Assembly (NCBI GenBank): GCA_002269645.1
Contig: NIVC01001661.1
Location: 1-64,000, forward strand
Direction: 5' to 3'
Source of the DNA: Macrostomum lignano
Taxonomy: Eukaryota
Length of the DNA stretch: 64,000 nt
The position numbers were made by a program, and so were the translations under genes. The stretch's first letter is position 1; every line of letters begins with the position of its first letter. Below are positions 18,868 to 30,234 of this stretch, one piece after another. The notes beneath the pieces were generated by a model that saw only the letters and a list, made by a program, of their open reading frames with translations, did not search any database and was not told the DNA's origin.

Positions 18868-21732
18868 TGTCTGCATCAGGCGGACAAAAAAAGGCTGCCT
18901 GAAGTTGCCGATAAAAAAATTGAGAAACAAAACCGGTGCTTCTATGCAATTTTGTGCGTAAGTTTAGAAGCAAAAATATATTTAAAAGGCCCGCCCAGCT
19001 CATGCAGCACTCATGCATGCACTGCAGGCTCCAGGGCGCAGCCGGCTCACAGACGTGCAGCACGGAGAAGGGCAGCGGAGCGGAGCCAGCAGCGCCCGCC
19101 CGCGCCACGCCGACCTGGTGGCAGGCGGCCCGGTAGAACAGCAGCTCGCCGGGCCGCAGGGGCACCGCGCGCACCCCGGCGGGACAGCCGCAGCCGGGCC
19201 GCGGGCTCAGCGTCACGACAACCGGCTCACCGTCCAGCAAGGTCAGGTGCACGTTCTGCATCTCGCGAGGCAGGCGAAGCGGCGCCTCCCGGCCGGCCGG
19301 CCAGCCGGAGCCCAGGAAGACCAGCTGGCGCAGCAGGCCGATCTCCATCTCCGCGGCGACGAAGGCCGGCCGCGGCACCAGGCGGCGGAGCTGGCGGACC
19401 GCCTCGACGTGCATGACGCGCCAGGCGATGGCGGCTCCGGCCGGCGGACCGGACGGATCGGCGAAAAGCTCGGACAGACCGCCGGACACAACCAGGTCAG
19501 CGTAGTCGTGGCCGTCAGCCAGCCGACTGACCCAGTTGTAGCCGGTGGACTCGATGCTGGCGCGGTGAGTCAGGTACACCTTGCGGAGCTCCGCGTAGCT
19601 GACCGCGACGCCACCGTTGGTCAGCACGAACGGCTTCGGCTGCGGCCGCGACGCCACGGTGCGGTAGTTGGCCACGGCGGCCGTCAGGTTGCGCAGCCGC
19701 GACTGCCGGACCTCGAAGCTGCACAGGCAGCAGGACTCGGCGCCTGGGGGGCAGTGCAGACAGGAGGCGCTTCTGAACAGTATGATTGGCAAAGTCGACC
19801 AAATGACGATCAAAATTACACGTCACCAACACCAAGACAGTCATCGAAATAGCAAATCATCACAATCTCGCCACTTATCATGGCACCAACAACCCGTCAC
19901 CACAATGACCCGTCACCACAATGACCCGTCACCACAATGACCCGTCACCACAATGACCCGTCACCACAATGACCCGTCACCACAATGACCCGTCACCACA
20001 ATGACCCGTCACCACAATGACCCGTCACCACAATGACCCGTCACCACAATGACCCGTCACCACAATGACCCGTCACCACAATGACCCGTCACCACAATGA
20101 CCCGTCACCACAATGACCCGTCACCAAAATGACCCGTCACCACAATGACCCGTCACCACAATGACCCGTCACCACAATGACCCGTCACCACAATGACCCG
20201 TCACCACAATGACCCGTCACCACAATGACCCGTCACCACAATGACCCGTCACCACAATGACCCGTCACCTCAATGACCCGTCACCACAATGACCCGTCAC
20301 CACAATGACCCGTCACCACAATGACCCGTCACCACAATGACCCGTCACCACAATGACCCGTCACCACAATGACCCGTCACCACAATGACCCGTCACCACA
20401 ATGACCCGTCACCACAATGACCCGTCACCACAATGACCCGTCACCACAATGACCCGTCACCACAATGACCCGTCACCACAATGACCCGTCACCACAATGA
20501 CCCGTCACCACAATGACCCGTCACCACAATGACCCGTCACCACAATGACCCGTCACCACAATGACCCGTCACCACAATGACCCGTCACCACAATGACCCG
20601 TCACCACAATGACCCGTCACCACAATGACCCGTCACCACAATGACCCGTCACCACAATGACCCATCACCACAATGACCCGTCACCACAATGACCCGTCAC
20701 CACAATGACCCGTCACCACAATGACCCGTCACCACAATGACCCGTCACCACAATGACCCGTCACCACAATGACCCGTCACCACAATGACCCGTCACCACA
20801 ATGACTCGTCACCACAATGACCCGTCACCACAATGACCCGTCACCACAATGACCCGTCACCACAATGACCCGTCACCACAATGACCCGTCACCACAATGA
20901 CCCGTCACCACAATGACCCGTCACCACAATGACCCGTCACCACAATGACCCGTCACCACAATGACCCGTCACCACAATGACCCGTCACCACAATGACCCG
21001 TCACCACAATGACCCGTCACCACAATGACCCGTCACCACAATGACCCGTCACCACAATGACCCGTCACCACAATGACCCGTCACCACAATGACCCGTCAC
21101 CACAATGACCCGTCACCACAATGACCCGTCACCACAATGACCCGTCACCACAATGACCCGTCACCACAATGACCCGTCACCACAATGACCCGTCACCACA
21201 ATGACCCGTCACCACAATGACTCGTCACCACAATGACCCGTCACCACAATGACCCGTCACCACAATGACCCGTCACCACAATGACCCGTCACCATTGCGC
21301 ACCGCTCTGGTTGGGCGCCGCGGCGCCCCAGTCAGGCAGCGGCGCGGGCAGCAGGCAGGGGGCCTCCGTGACCGCGGCATCCTGCAGGTAGCGCAGCCTG
21401 TGGAGCCCCAGCGCTACGGAGACGCGGCGCAGGTGGAAGCTGGCGGTCAGGACGGCGTCCTCCAGGCCGCCGGTCTGTCGCAGGTGGTACCGAGCGCTGG
21501 CCACGCCGGCCACCAGCAGCGCCAGCAGGAGGCTGACGCGTAGCAGGCCAATGGCGCAGACTCGTGGCAATTCGCGCGCTCTTCTGCGCGCTTGAAACAG
21601 GCGCCAGCTGAGTCGGCGCCGGCTGAGCACGCAGGCCTCGGCGTAGGCCCACCATGCCCGATCGTCAGTGGCAGGCAGGACGTCCGGATTGTCCTTGAGC
21701 AGCTGCGAGAGCCGGCGGTCAAGCGACTCCAT
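18860..21732 (-). CDS. C6orf89: C6orf89 / bombesin-receptor-activated-protein-like type II membrane protein; exons 21732-21293 and about 19769-18860 (3' end uncertain)
   Basis: N-terminal MESLDRRLSQLL, a TM segment (IGLLRVSLLLALLVAGVA), FHLRRVSVAL, CxxC, and a cupin-like C-terminus VTLSPRPGCGC...VPLRPGELLFY. These recall C6orf89 (LQLIPPFQC...C...PIEPGDIGY). The assignment is from memory and needs a profile search. Confidence 0.58.
19900..21292. repeat. 16-bp minisatellite CACAATGACCCGTCAC, about 87 near-perfect copies
   Basis: Period 16; fills most of the C6orf89-like intron. Confidence 0.98.
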
Positions 21733-21936
21733 GACGAGCGGCAGGTGCAATGAGCAGTTCAGCTCTTCTTTTCCTTTCTATGGGTGCTTTATAGGCGGCC
21801 TCGGCTCTCGTCTGAGTCCGGTTAAGGAGAGTTCTTATCGGATCGCCCACCTGCCTGCCGCTCTTATCTCTGGCTCACTGCCTTCCTGCTGAGCCGAATT
21901 TCCGCACTTGGCGGCTTCTGGCGCTTTCTTACCAGA

Positions 21937-21952
21937 CTACTCACGTGAGTAG
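21937..21952. promoter_or_regulatory. 16-bp palindrome CTACTCACGTGAGTAG with a TCACGTGA (CLEAR-type E-box) core
   Basis: Perfect palindrome about 205 bp upstream of the C6orf89-like ATG; function inferred. Confidence 0.35.
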
Positions 21953-22029
21953 ATTAGTTAGAATTATACGCTTTTTTAACTCAGGAAAACTGAGGAAGCT
22001 GAAATCTAGACAGAAATGAAATTTGAAAC

Positions 22030-22210
22030 GCAGACTAAGAAGGAGACGGAGATTCAGATTGAGAAGGAGACTGAGATGCAGGCTGAGAAGGAGACTGAGA
22101 TGCAGGCTGAGAAGGAGACTCAGATGCGGACTGTGAAGGAGACTGAGATGCAGACTAAGAAGGAGACTGAGATGCGGACTGGGAAGGAGACTCAGATTCA
22201 GACTGAGAAG
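22030..22210. repeat. 24-bp minisatellite GAGAAGGAGACTGAGATGCAGGCT, about 7 copies
   Basis: Direct reading. Confidence 0.9.
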
Positions 22211-22927
22211 AGTCTCTGCACATTCGTACCAGACTACTGACTGGAGTAGAGTAGTTATAAAAAGACGCGTTTTTGATGCTGAAGCAGCTAGCAGATAAAA
22301 GAGCAATTTGGCAGGCAAGTGCTGCTCAAATGCGCAATTGAAAATTGAAAAAAAGCCCGACAATGATTATAACAAAGGCCTCAGCGAGGCTGCTTGATGT
22401 TGAGCAGCAGAGATTGGGCAATTGCAGACTCAAACCAGAAATTCCGTCACAATGAGATTACTCGGGCTGCCATTGAAGACATCGCGTGACTCCGCGCAGC
22501 GGATCTACTTTGCGGCACGGCTGGCGGGGGAATTAGTCTGAGTAGGGGATTAGCAGGATTAGCCGGAGGTATTTGAGCATTATTGCACAAATGGCGCTGA
22601 GGAGGCTGGGGGAGTGGCTGAGTTGAACTCTTCATGTGCTCAGGGAAGGCAGCTGTCTCTCTTCCTTCCGATGCCGAAGATCCGCTTGAACAGGCGACGG
22701 GCCCGGGTTCGCCCTCCGGGGCCGCGGCAGCTGAGCTAATTCAATTATTGCCGCAGGCGGGCGGGAAGTGAAAGAAATCTGAGCGGCAGAGCGAGGGCGA
22801 GGCTGCTGAGCTGCTCAAGTGAGAAGCGGATAAGTGTAGGTGGGCTGGAGGGGGAGACGGCTAAGATGAAGATTGCAAGTAAATTGAGGCGCAGGCAGAA
22901 GCCCAGGAGGCTGAGAAAGGCATCAGG

Positions 22928-23465
22928 AGGGAGACTGAGAAGGAGACTAGGGAGACTGAGGAGACTAGGGAGACTGAGAAGGAGACTAGGGAGACTGAGG
23001 AGACTAGGGAGACTGAGAAGGAGACTAGGGAGACTGAGAAGGAGACTAGGGAGACTGAGAAGGAGACTAGGGAGACTGAGAAGGAGACTAGGGAGACTGA
23101 GAAGGAGACTAGGGAGACTGAGAAGGAGACTAGGGAGACTGAGAAGGAGACTATAGGGAGACTGAGAAGACTAGGGAGACTGAGAAGGAGACTAGGGAGA
23201 CTGAGAAGACTAGGGAGACTGAGAAGGAGACTAGGGAGACTGAGAAGACTAGGGAGACTGAGAAGGAGACTAGGGAGACTGAGAAGGAGACTATAGGGAG
23301 ACTGAGAAGACTAGGGAGACTGAGAAGGAGACTAGGGAGACTGAGAAGGAGACTAGGGAGACTGAGAAGGAGACTAGGGAGACTGAGAAGGAGACTAGGG
23401 AGACTGAGAAGGAGACTAGGGAGACTGAGAAGGAGACTGGGAAGGAGACTGAGAAGACTGAGACT
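22928..23465. repeat. 21/18-bp minisatellite AGGAGACTAGGGAGACTGAGA, about 26 copies
   Basis: Direct reading. Confidence 0.95.
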
Positions 23466-23884
23466 CTGGACTGAGCAACGGCCCCCTGCATCCGCACTTG
23501 GCACAGCAAAGCCCTGAAGCCATTGTCCCGACAAGCAGCCGGTCCCCAGGCAATCCAGCCGCCTCCCACGCACTAAAAATGCCAAGTGCGCATCGCAAGG
23601 CGGCAGGCTCTCCTGATGCAGAAAATTATTAGTGAAAAACTGAATTCCGAGCACGGCATGATCGGATCAAGCGAGGCGGATTTGAGCAGATTTCCAAATA
23701 TGAGAAGACGATTTCTGAGTAGGCTTTCGAATCCCAACTGCTCAGAATTGTCGAGCAGTTTGATGAGGCGGCAGCCAGCCTCCCATTCGCTGAAGCGGAG
23801 TCTGGGCAGGCCTCTATTTAAGCACCCGACCTCAATGTGCCGGGGAGGCTGCGCGGCGAGCCACAACAATATTCAGCGGTCAGC

Positions 23885-24033
23885 ATGAGCGGCCAGCGCC
23901 TGTTTCAGCTGCCCTCCTCAGGCCAGGCGGTCGTGTTCGCCTCCAACATCCGCCGCAGCGTCACCGACATCGGCGACTCCGTAGTCGGCTTTCTGAATCG
24001 CATCGGCCGGGCGACGAGTTTCCTGGGGGACTG
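23885..24033 (+). CDS. Putative first coding exon (MSGQRLFQLP...FLGDW) of an unidentified gene
   Basis: AGC-ATG-AGC start, GC3-rich codons, and a strong donor TG|GTGAGC at 24034. Confidence 0.4.
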
Positions 24034-24046
24034 GTGAGCGGCTGGA

Positions 24047-24349
24047 ACTGGGACTTGGGGACTGGGACTTGGGGACTGGGACTTGGGGACTGGGACTTGG
24101 GGACTGGGACTTGGGGACTGGGACTTGGGGACTGGGACTTGGGGACTGGGACTTGGGGACTGGGACTTGGGGACTGGGACTTGGGGACTGGGACTTGGGG
24201 ACTGGGACTTGGGGACTGGGACTTGGGGACTGGGACTTGGGGGCTGGGACTTGGGGACTGGGACTTGGGGACTGGGACTTGGGGACTGGGACTTGGGGAC
24301 TGGGACTTGGGGGCTGGGACTTGGGGACTGGGACTTGGAGACTGGGACT
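24047..24349. repeat. 14-bp G-rich minisatellite GGGACTTGGGGACT, about 21 copies
   Basis: Direct reading. Confidence 0.97.
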
Positions 24350-24571
24350 CGTAGTGGCACACAAGGCCTTGAAAGTAAAATTATTAAAGATGGGGCAGGC
24401 TGCATTGCTGATTAGAGCAGAAAAGCTGCCCGCCTCATCAGCGGAGGCGAGAGTCCCGCACCGCAGCTCGTGGGTGGGCAGATAGCGACTGTATTTTTAG
24501 CCGCCTTTTTGATCCTTAATACAGATGATCCTTAAGATGCTGAGATGCTGAGCTTGATGCTCAGCTTGCTA

Positions 24572-25376
24572 TGATCGATCTGAGTTGGTCCTTCAGTAAG
24601 ATTCATGACCGATCTGAGTTGGTCATTCAGTAAGATTCATGACCGATCTGAGTTGGTCATTCAGTGAGATTCATGACCGATCTGAGTTGGTCATTCAGTA
24701 AGATTCATGACCGATCTGAGTTGGTCATTCAGTAAGATTCATGACCGATCTGAATTGGTCATTCAGTAAGATTCATGACCGATCTGAGTTGGTCATTCAG
24801 TGAGATTCATGACCGATCTGAATTGGTCATTCAGTAAGATTCATGACCGATCTGAGTTGGTCATTCAGTAAGATTCATGACCGATCTGAGTTGGTCATTC
24901 AGTAAGATTCATGACCGATCTGAGTTGGTCATTCAGTAAGATTCATGACCGATCTGAGTTGGTCATTCAGTAGGATTCATGACCGATCTGAGTTGGTCAT
25001 TCAGCAAGATTCATGACCGATCTGAGTTGGTCATTCAGTAGATTCATGACCGATCTGAGTTGGTCATTCAGTAAGATTCATGACCGATCTGAGTTGGTCA
25101 TTCAGCAAGATTCATGACCGATCTGAGTTGGTCATTCAGTAGATTCATGACCGATCTGAGTTGGTCATTCAGTAAGATTCATGACCGATCTGAGTTGGTC
25201 ATTCAGTAAGATTCATGACCGATCTGAGTTGGTCATTCAGTAAGATTCATGACCGATCTGAGTTGGTCATTCAGTAAGATTCATGACCGATCTGAGTTGG
25301 TCATTCAGCAAGATTCATGACCGATCTGAGTTGGTCATTCAGTAAGATTCATGACCGATCTGAGTTGGTCATTCAG
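24572..25376. repeat. 34-bp minisatellite GACCGATCTGAGTTGGTCATTCAGTAAGATTCAT, about 24 copies
   Basis: Period 34 (24607 to 24641); no spacers. Confidence 0.97.
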
Positions 25377-25835
25377 AACTTTTATGAGTAGTTCGAGTCG
25401 GTGATTGAGTTGGCAGTTGAGAGCCAGCTGAACTCAGACCTGCTGACCCAATGCAACTCGCTAATCGGTGGACAAACAGCTCCAGTGCCGGGGCAGCGAT
25501 GCAATCGGCACGATCAAAACTCGCTTAGCCGTAGCTCGCATAAACATTGATTTGGCGGGCAGATTAAGGACGTGGGAGGAGCGAGGTGGCTGCTCACATC
25601 CGCATGGGAAATGAGGATGAGCTTTTTTATCGGCTGTGCGGGGCTGCTCCGCTAATTGAGCTGCCTGCCAGCTTCATCAGGTACTGCGTCTGAGACCCTT
25701 CTCTGGCTACCTTAGCATCTCAGCCTCTACCTGATTACCCCTGCATCTGCTCTCCTTTCTTCCCATTCTCACTCATTCTCTCACATGGTCTTCTTCCTTT
25801 TTTACCTTTGAGATATCTCTATCTCATGCTTTCTG

Positions 25836-26120
25836 ATCCCCTCCCTTCTCCTTCCCTCCCTTCTCATTCCCTCCCTTCTCATTCCCTCCCTTCTCATTCC
25901 CTCCCTTCTCCTTCCCTCCCTTCTCATTCCCTCCCTTCTCATTCCCTCCCTTCTCATTCCCTCCCTTCTCATTCCCTTCCTTCTCATTCCCTCCCTTCTC
26001 ATTCCCTCCCTTCTCATTCCCTCCCTTCTCATTCCCTCCCTTCTCATTCCCTCCCTTCTCATTCCCTCCCTTCTCATTCCCTCCCTTCTCATTCCCTCCC
26101 TTCTCATTCCCTCCCTTCTC
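25836..26120. repeat. 15-bp minisatellite CCCTCCCTTCTCATT, about 19 copies
   Basis: Direct reading. Confidence 0.96.
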
Positions 26121-26713
26121 AGTTCCCCAACTCCCTCCTGTGCGGCCTCTCTGGCTACACTCTCCATCATCAGTCAGTCCCAGACTCTCCTGTCTTCCAT
26201 CCCGTCTGCCCCCCCCATTTTTTCTGTTTCCGACCAGCCTTCAAGCAGTTCCGGTTCTGCTGCAAGATATTGTTTCCCTGTCAGCAGCAGTAATCGGCTG
26301 CAACATCAAAAATAATATAGAAATATAACTGGGGATTCGATTCGCTAGCACTGAAAGTTAAGCAGAAGCTGGTTGGGGTTAGCTGCAGGTACGCAGATGG
26401 GTAATAAATCTGTGTGAGCCCTCAGACGCGGCCACAGTTGGACCAAGGGTGATGAATGGCGGAGCACCTGAGCTTTTAATTATGGTGGAAATTAAAACTT
26501 CTAGACGGAGTTAGAGGGTGTTGCTCTGAGTATACGATTGCCATTGATCGGAAACTGGAAGGCCGCAAAAGTACAGCATCTTTACACACGCACTTTTCAT
26601 GGAAATATTTCGCATGGGATTTTGATAGGAGTTGGGAACTTTCTGAAAGGAAGAATTTCAAATTCAAACACTTGGGAACCCCAAAAAAAGAAGCCACCGC
26701 CCGCCTCCCGCAG

Positions 26714-29581
26714 CCGTACCACCCGAAGGCCAAAGAGGAGCGCGAGCAGCTGCGGGACAGCCTGAAGCAGGTCGCCTTCCTGCAGGACCTGGACGAGGAG
26801 GATCTGCGACGAGTGGTGGACGCCATGTTCGAGAGGCGCGTGCAGCCGAGTGAGATTGGGGTAGAGTGACAGTTTTAGAGTGACAGGGTTAGAGGGACAG
26901 GGTTAGAGGGACAGGGTTAGAGGGACAGGGTTAGAGTGATAGGGTTAGACTGACAGAGGAGTGACAGGGTAGGAGTGACAGGGGAGGAGTGACAGGGGAG
27001 TGACAGGGACAAAATGACCAGTGGGGTTAGAGTGACAGTGGAGGAGTGACAGTGGAGGAGTCACAGAGTTAAAGTGACAGTATGGAGTGACAGGGTTGGA
27101 GTGACAGCAGACGGAGGGGCAGCCCCCAGCAGTGAAAAGAACCGGAGAGCACTACTGGCTGGCTAGTAAAAGTGAGGCAAGGCGACGAACTGGGAATCGA
27201 TCTGCTCGGTTTTGAGAAAGAAACGAGGTGGCCACTTTGAATCCGCGACCCCCCGCCGCCCCCCCCCCCCTAAACAGGCGAAATAATTGCGCTGCGGCAG
27301 CTCGAGGATCCCCAGAAGACAGTGAAATCCCAAATCTCTGGCCTCAGAAATCTCGGAAATCGATGCGGGCAGGCGGCCAGCGGGCAGGCGGGGTCACCAG
27401 GCGACCAGGGGATTAGTAGTTCGAATCCGCTTTGGAAAAGAGGGCGGCGACAGTCTCGCTCTTCTTCAGGAAAAAACTTGGATTCGAAAATCCAACACGC
27501 AGCCAGAGCTCCGGGCTCGGCTCTTTCAATAATCCCTACTAGGAATGGGGCGGGGGGGGGGTAATTGCTGCTCATAAATTGATCAGCTCGACCAGCTCAA
27601 CCACCGAATCTCAGAAAACTTGCAGCCGACTTGGGCCCGGTTTGGTGAAGATTCCAATTATCCATGATCGGAGATCTGTGTGGTTTTTACATGCCCGCAT
27701 TAACTGCACATGAAACCAAAATAAACTGCACATGAAACCAACTCAAACTGCGCATGAAACCAAAATAAACTGCACATGAAGTTAACAAATTGCACATGAA
27801 ACCAACACAAACAGGACATGAAACCAACTCAAACAGCACATGAAACCAACACAAACTGGACATGAAACCAACACAAACAGCACATGAAACCAACTCAAAC
27901 AGCCAGTGCATGAAACCAACAAACTGCACATGAATCCAACACAAACAGCACATGAAACCAACACAAACAGCACATGAAACCAACACAAACTGCACATGAA
28001 ACCAACACAAACTGGACATGAAAGCAACACAAACAGCACATGAAACCAACACAAACAGCACATGAAACCAACACAAACAGCACATGAAACCAACACAAAC
28101 AGCACATGAAAGCAACACAAACAGGACATGAAACCAACACAAACAGCACATGAATCCAACACAAACTGCACATAAAACTCCCTCTCCTCCCGAAACCCTT
28201 CAGACGAGATGGTCATCCGTCAGGGCGAAGACGGCGACAATTTCTACGTGATCCGCAGCGGCTGCTACCAGGTGATCATCGAAGCCACCCAGGCTGACGG
28301 CGAGGTTCGAATTGTGCACCAGTTTAGGGACAGCGGCAGCTTCGGCGAGCTCGCCCTGCTGCACAACCAGCCCCGGTCCGCCACCGTCAAGGCGATCTCG
28401 CCAGGCGCCCTCTGGGCCATGGACAGGCGCGCTTTCCGCGCCATCGTCCTGCCGGCCGAGCAGCGGCGGAGGCGCGAATTCGCCGAACTACTGGAGGGCG
28501 CGCCGTCTCTGGCCGGCCTGATGGACGAGGAGCTTCGGCTGGCTGCTGAGGCGCTGCGACCGCGGAGCTTCGGCCACCAGCAGGTGAGGGGTCTGTGGGG
28601 TGAGGGGTCTGTGGAGTGAGGGGTCTGTGGGGTGACAGGTCTGTGGAGTGAGGGGTCTGTGGGGTGACAGGTCTGTGGAGTGAGGGGTCTGTGGGGTGAG
28701 GGGTCTGTGGAGTGAGGGGTCTGTGGGGTGAGGGGTCTGTGGGGTGACAGGTCTGTGGAGTGAGGGGTCTGTGGGGTGAGGGGTCTGTGGAGTGAGGGGT
28801 CTGTGGGGTGAGGGGTCTGTGGAGTGAGGGGTCTGTGGGGTGAGGGGTCTGTGGGGTGACAGGTCTGTGGAGTGAGGGGTCTGTGGGGTGACAGGTCTGT
28901 GGAGTGAGGGGTTAGTGGAGTGAGGGGTCTGTGGGGTGAGGGGTTTTTGGGGTGAGGGTTCTGTGGGGTGAGGGGTCTGTGGAGTGAGGGGTTTTTGGGG
29001 TGAGGCTTCTGTGGAGTGAGGGGTTAGTGGAGTGAGGGGTCTGTGGGGTGAGGGGTCTGTGGGGTGAGGGGTCTGTGGAGTGAGGGGTCTGTGGGGTGAC
29101 GGGTCTGTGGGGTGAGGGGTCTGTGGGGTAGGGGGTCTGTGGAGTGAGGGGTCTGTGGAGTGAGGGGTCTGTGGATGAGGGGTCTGTGGGGTGAGGGGTC
29201 AGTGGAGTGAGGGTTCTGTAGGGCAGTACGTCCATTATTTTCGAGGTGCTGACTTCAGTTGAGCTTCAGTCAGACGCAGTGGATCCGACTCCACCACCCC
29301 AGGTGATCATAGAGGAAGGCGACGAGGCGGACGGCATGTACTTCGTGTTGGAGGGCGAGGCGGTGGTGACCCGGTCCGGCCGCGAGGTGGCCCGGGTGCC
29401 CCGCGGCGGCTACTTCGGCGAGGCCGCGCTGCTGGAGGGTCGGCGGCGCACGGCCTCTGTGGTGGCGGCCGCGGCTGCGCCGGACGGGCGGGTGCGGACG
29501 GCCTTCCTGCCCAGGGAGGCGTTCGGCCTGTTGGCTCCCTGCCACGGACTGCTGCGGAGATCCATGGCGGCCTATGTGTAG
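26714..29581 (+). CDS. PRKAR2: cAMP-dependent protein kinase type II regulatory-subunit-like; exons 26714-26849, 28204-28583, 29303-29581; N-terminal exon(s) not identified
   Basis: HPK..E.R..L...V.F..LD...VVDAMFER; CNB-A VIRQGEDGDNFYVI...FGELALLHNQPRSATV; CNB-B EEGDEADGMYFV...FGEAALLEGRRRTASV. The GT-AG junctions keep the frame (phases 1 and 0). Stop TAG at 29579-29581. Confidence 0.9.
26864..27115. repeat. Degenerate 14-bp minisatellite (GGGTTAGAGTGACA / GGAGGAGTGACA)
   Basis: Direct reading. Confidence 0.85.
27700..28176. repeat. 22-bp minisatellite AAACCAACACAAACAGCACATG, about 21 copies
   Basis: Direct reading. Confidence 0.93.
28584..29220. repeat. 16-bp minisatellite GTGAGGGGTCTGTGG(G/A), about 40 copies
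   Basis: The first unit starts at the intron GT (28584). Confidence 0.96.
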
Positions 29582-29639
29582 GCGGCGGCCCGATGCCACC
29601 CCCAACCCCCCAAATAGGGCTGTGCTCCTCCAACCATAT

Positions 29640-29832
29640 CGACTGATAGATTGATTGATTGAGCTATTGATTTATTGATTGATGGATTGATTGATTGATT
29701 AATTGATTGAGTTATGATTAATTGATTGAGCTATTGATTGATTGATTGATTGAGTTATTGATTGATTGATTAATTGATTGAGCTATTGATTGATTGATCT
29801 ATTGATTGATTGATTGACTGATTGATTGATTC
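29640..29832. repeat. (ATTG)n microsatellite, imperfect
   Basis: Direct reading; lies 3' of the PKA-R-like stop codon. Confidence 0.92.
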
Positions 29833-30081
29833 TCGAAGCCGATCAAATCAGCTGATGGATTTGAGCTTTCGCGCACCGGTATTGTAGATAATTCCAGATA
29901 AAGAAATTTTTTCACGATTAGCAAATCAGTGACTGTCTCATATCGTGCAATAGGTTTTCGCGCCCAGCCGCATCATCACCCGCTGTGTCAGGGCTTCACT
30001 TAATAGATATTCAATGCAACGAGTCTGTTTAGGTTTTGCTTCTACCGTGGAATAATAAAAAATCTGCTTTGAAAAATTATT

Positions 30082-30234
30082 TCTGTGATCTGTCACACAG
30101 GTAGCAGACAGCAACAGGTGATCTGTCACACAGGTAGCAGACAGCATCAGGTGATCTGTCACACAGGTAGCAGACAGCATCAGGTGATCTGTCACACAGG
30201 TAGCAGACAACATCAGGTGATCTGTCACACAGGT
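30082..30234. repeat. 33-bp minisatellite, about 4.5 copies
   Basis: GTGATCTGTCACACAGGTAGCAGACAGCATCAG. Confidence 0.93.

Noticed and set aside
19900-21292. Transib/RAG-like heptamer CACAATG in every unit
   Set aside because: No nonamer, no inverted partner and no transposase; a chance 7-mer within a minisatellite.
24572-25376. CRISPR array (34-bp palindromic unit; also the 35-bp and 40-bp arrays)
   Set aside because: Units are head-to-tail with no unique spacers, there are no cas genes, and the context is eukaryotic.
27400-27435. tRNA or SINE from the B-box-like GTTCGAATCC
   Set aside because: No A-box or cloverleaf could be built around it; the same applies to GTTCGACTCC at about 53560.
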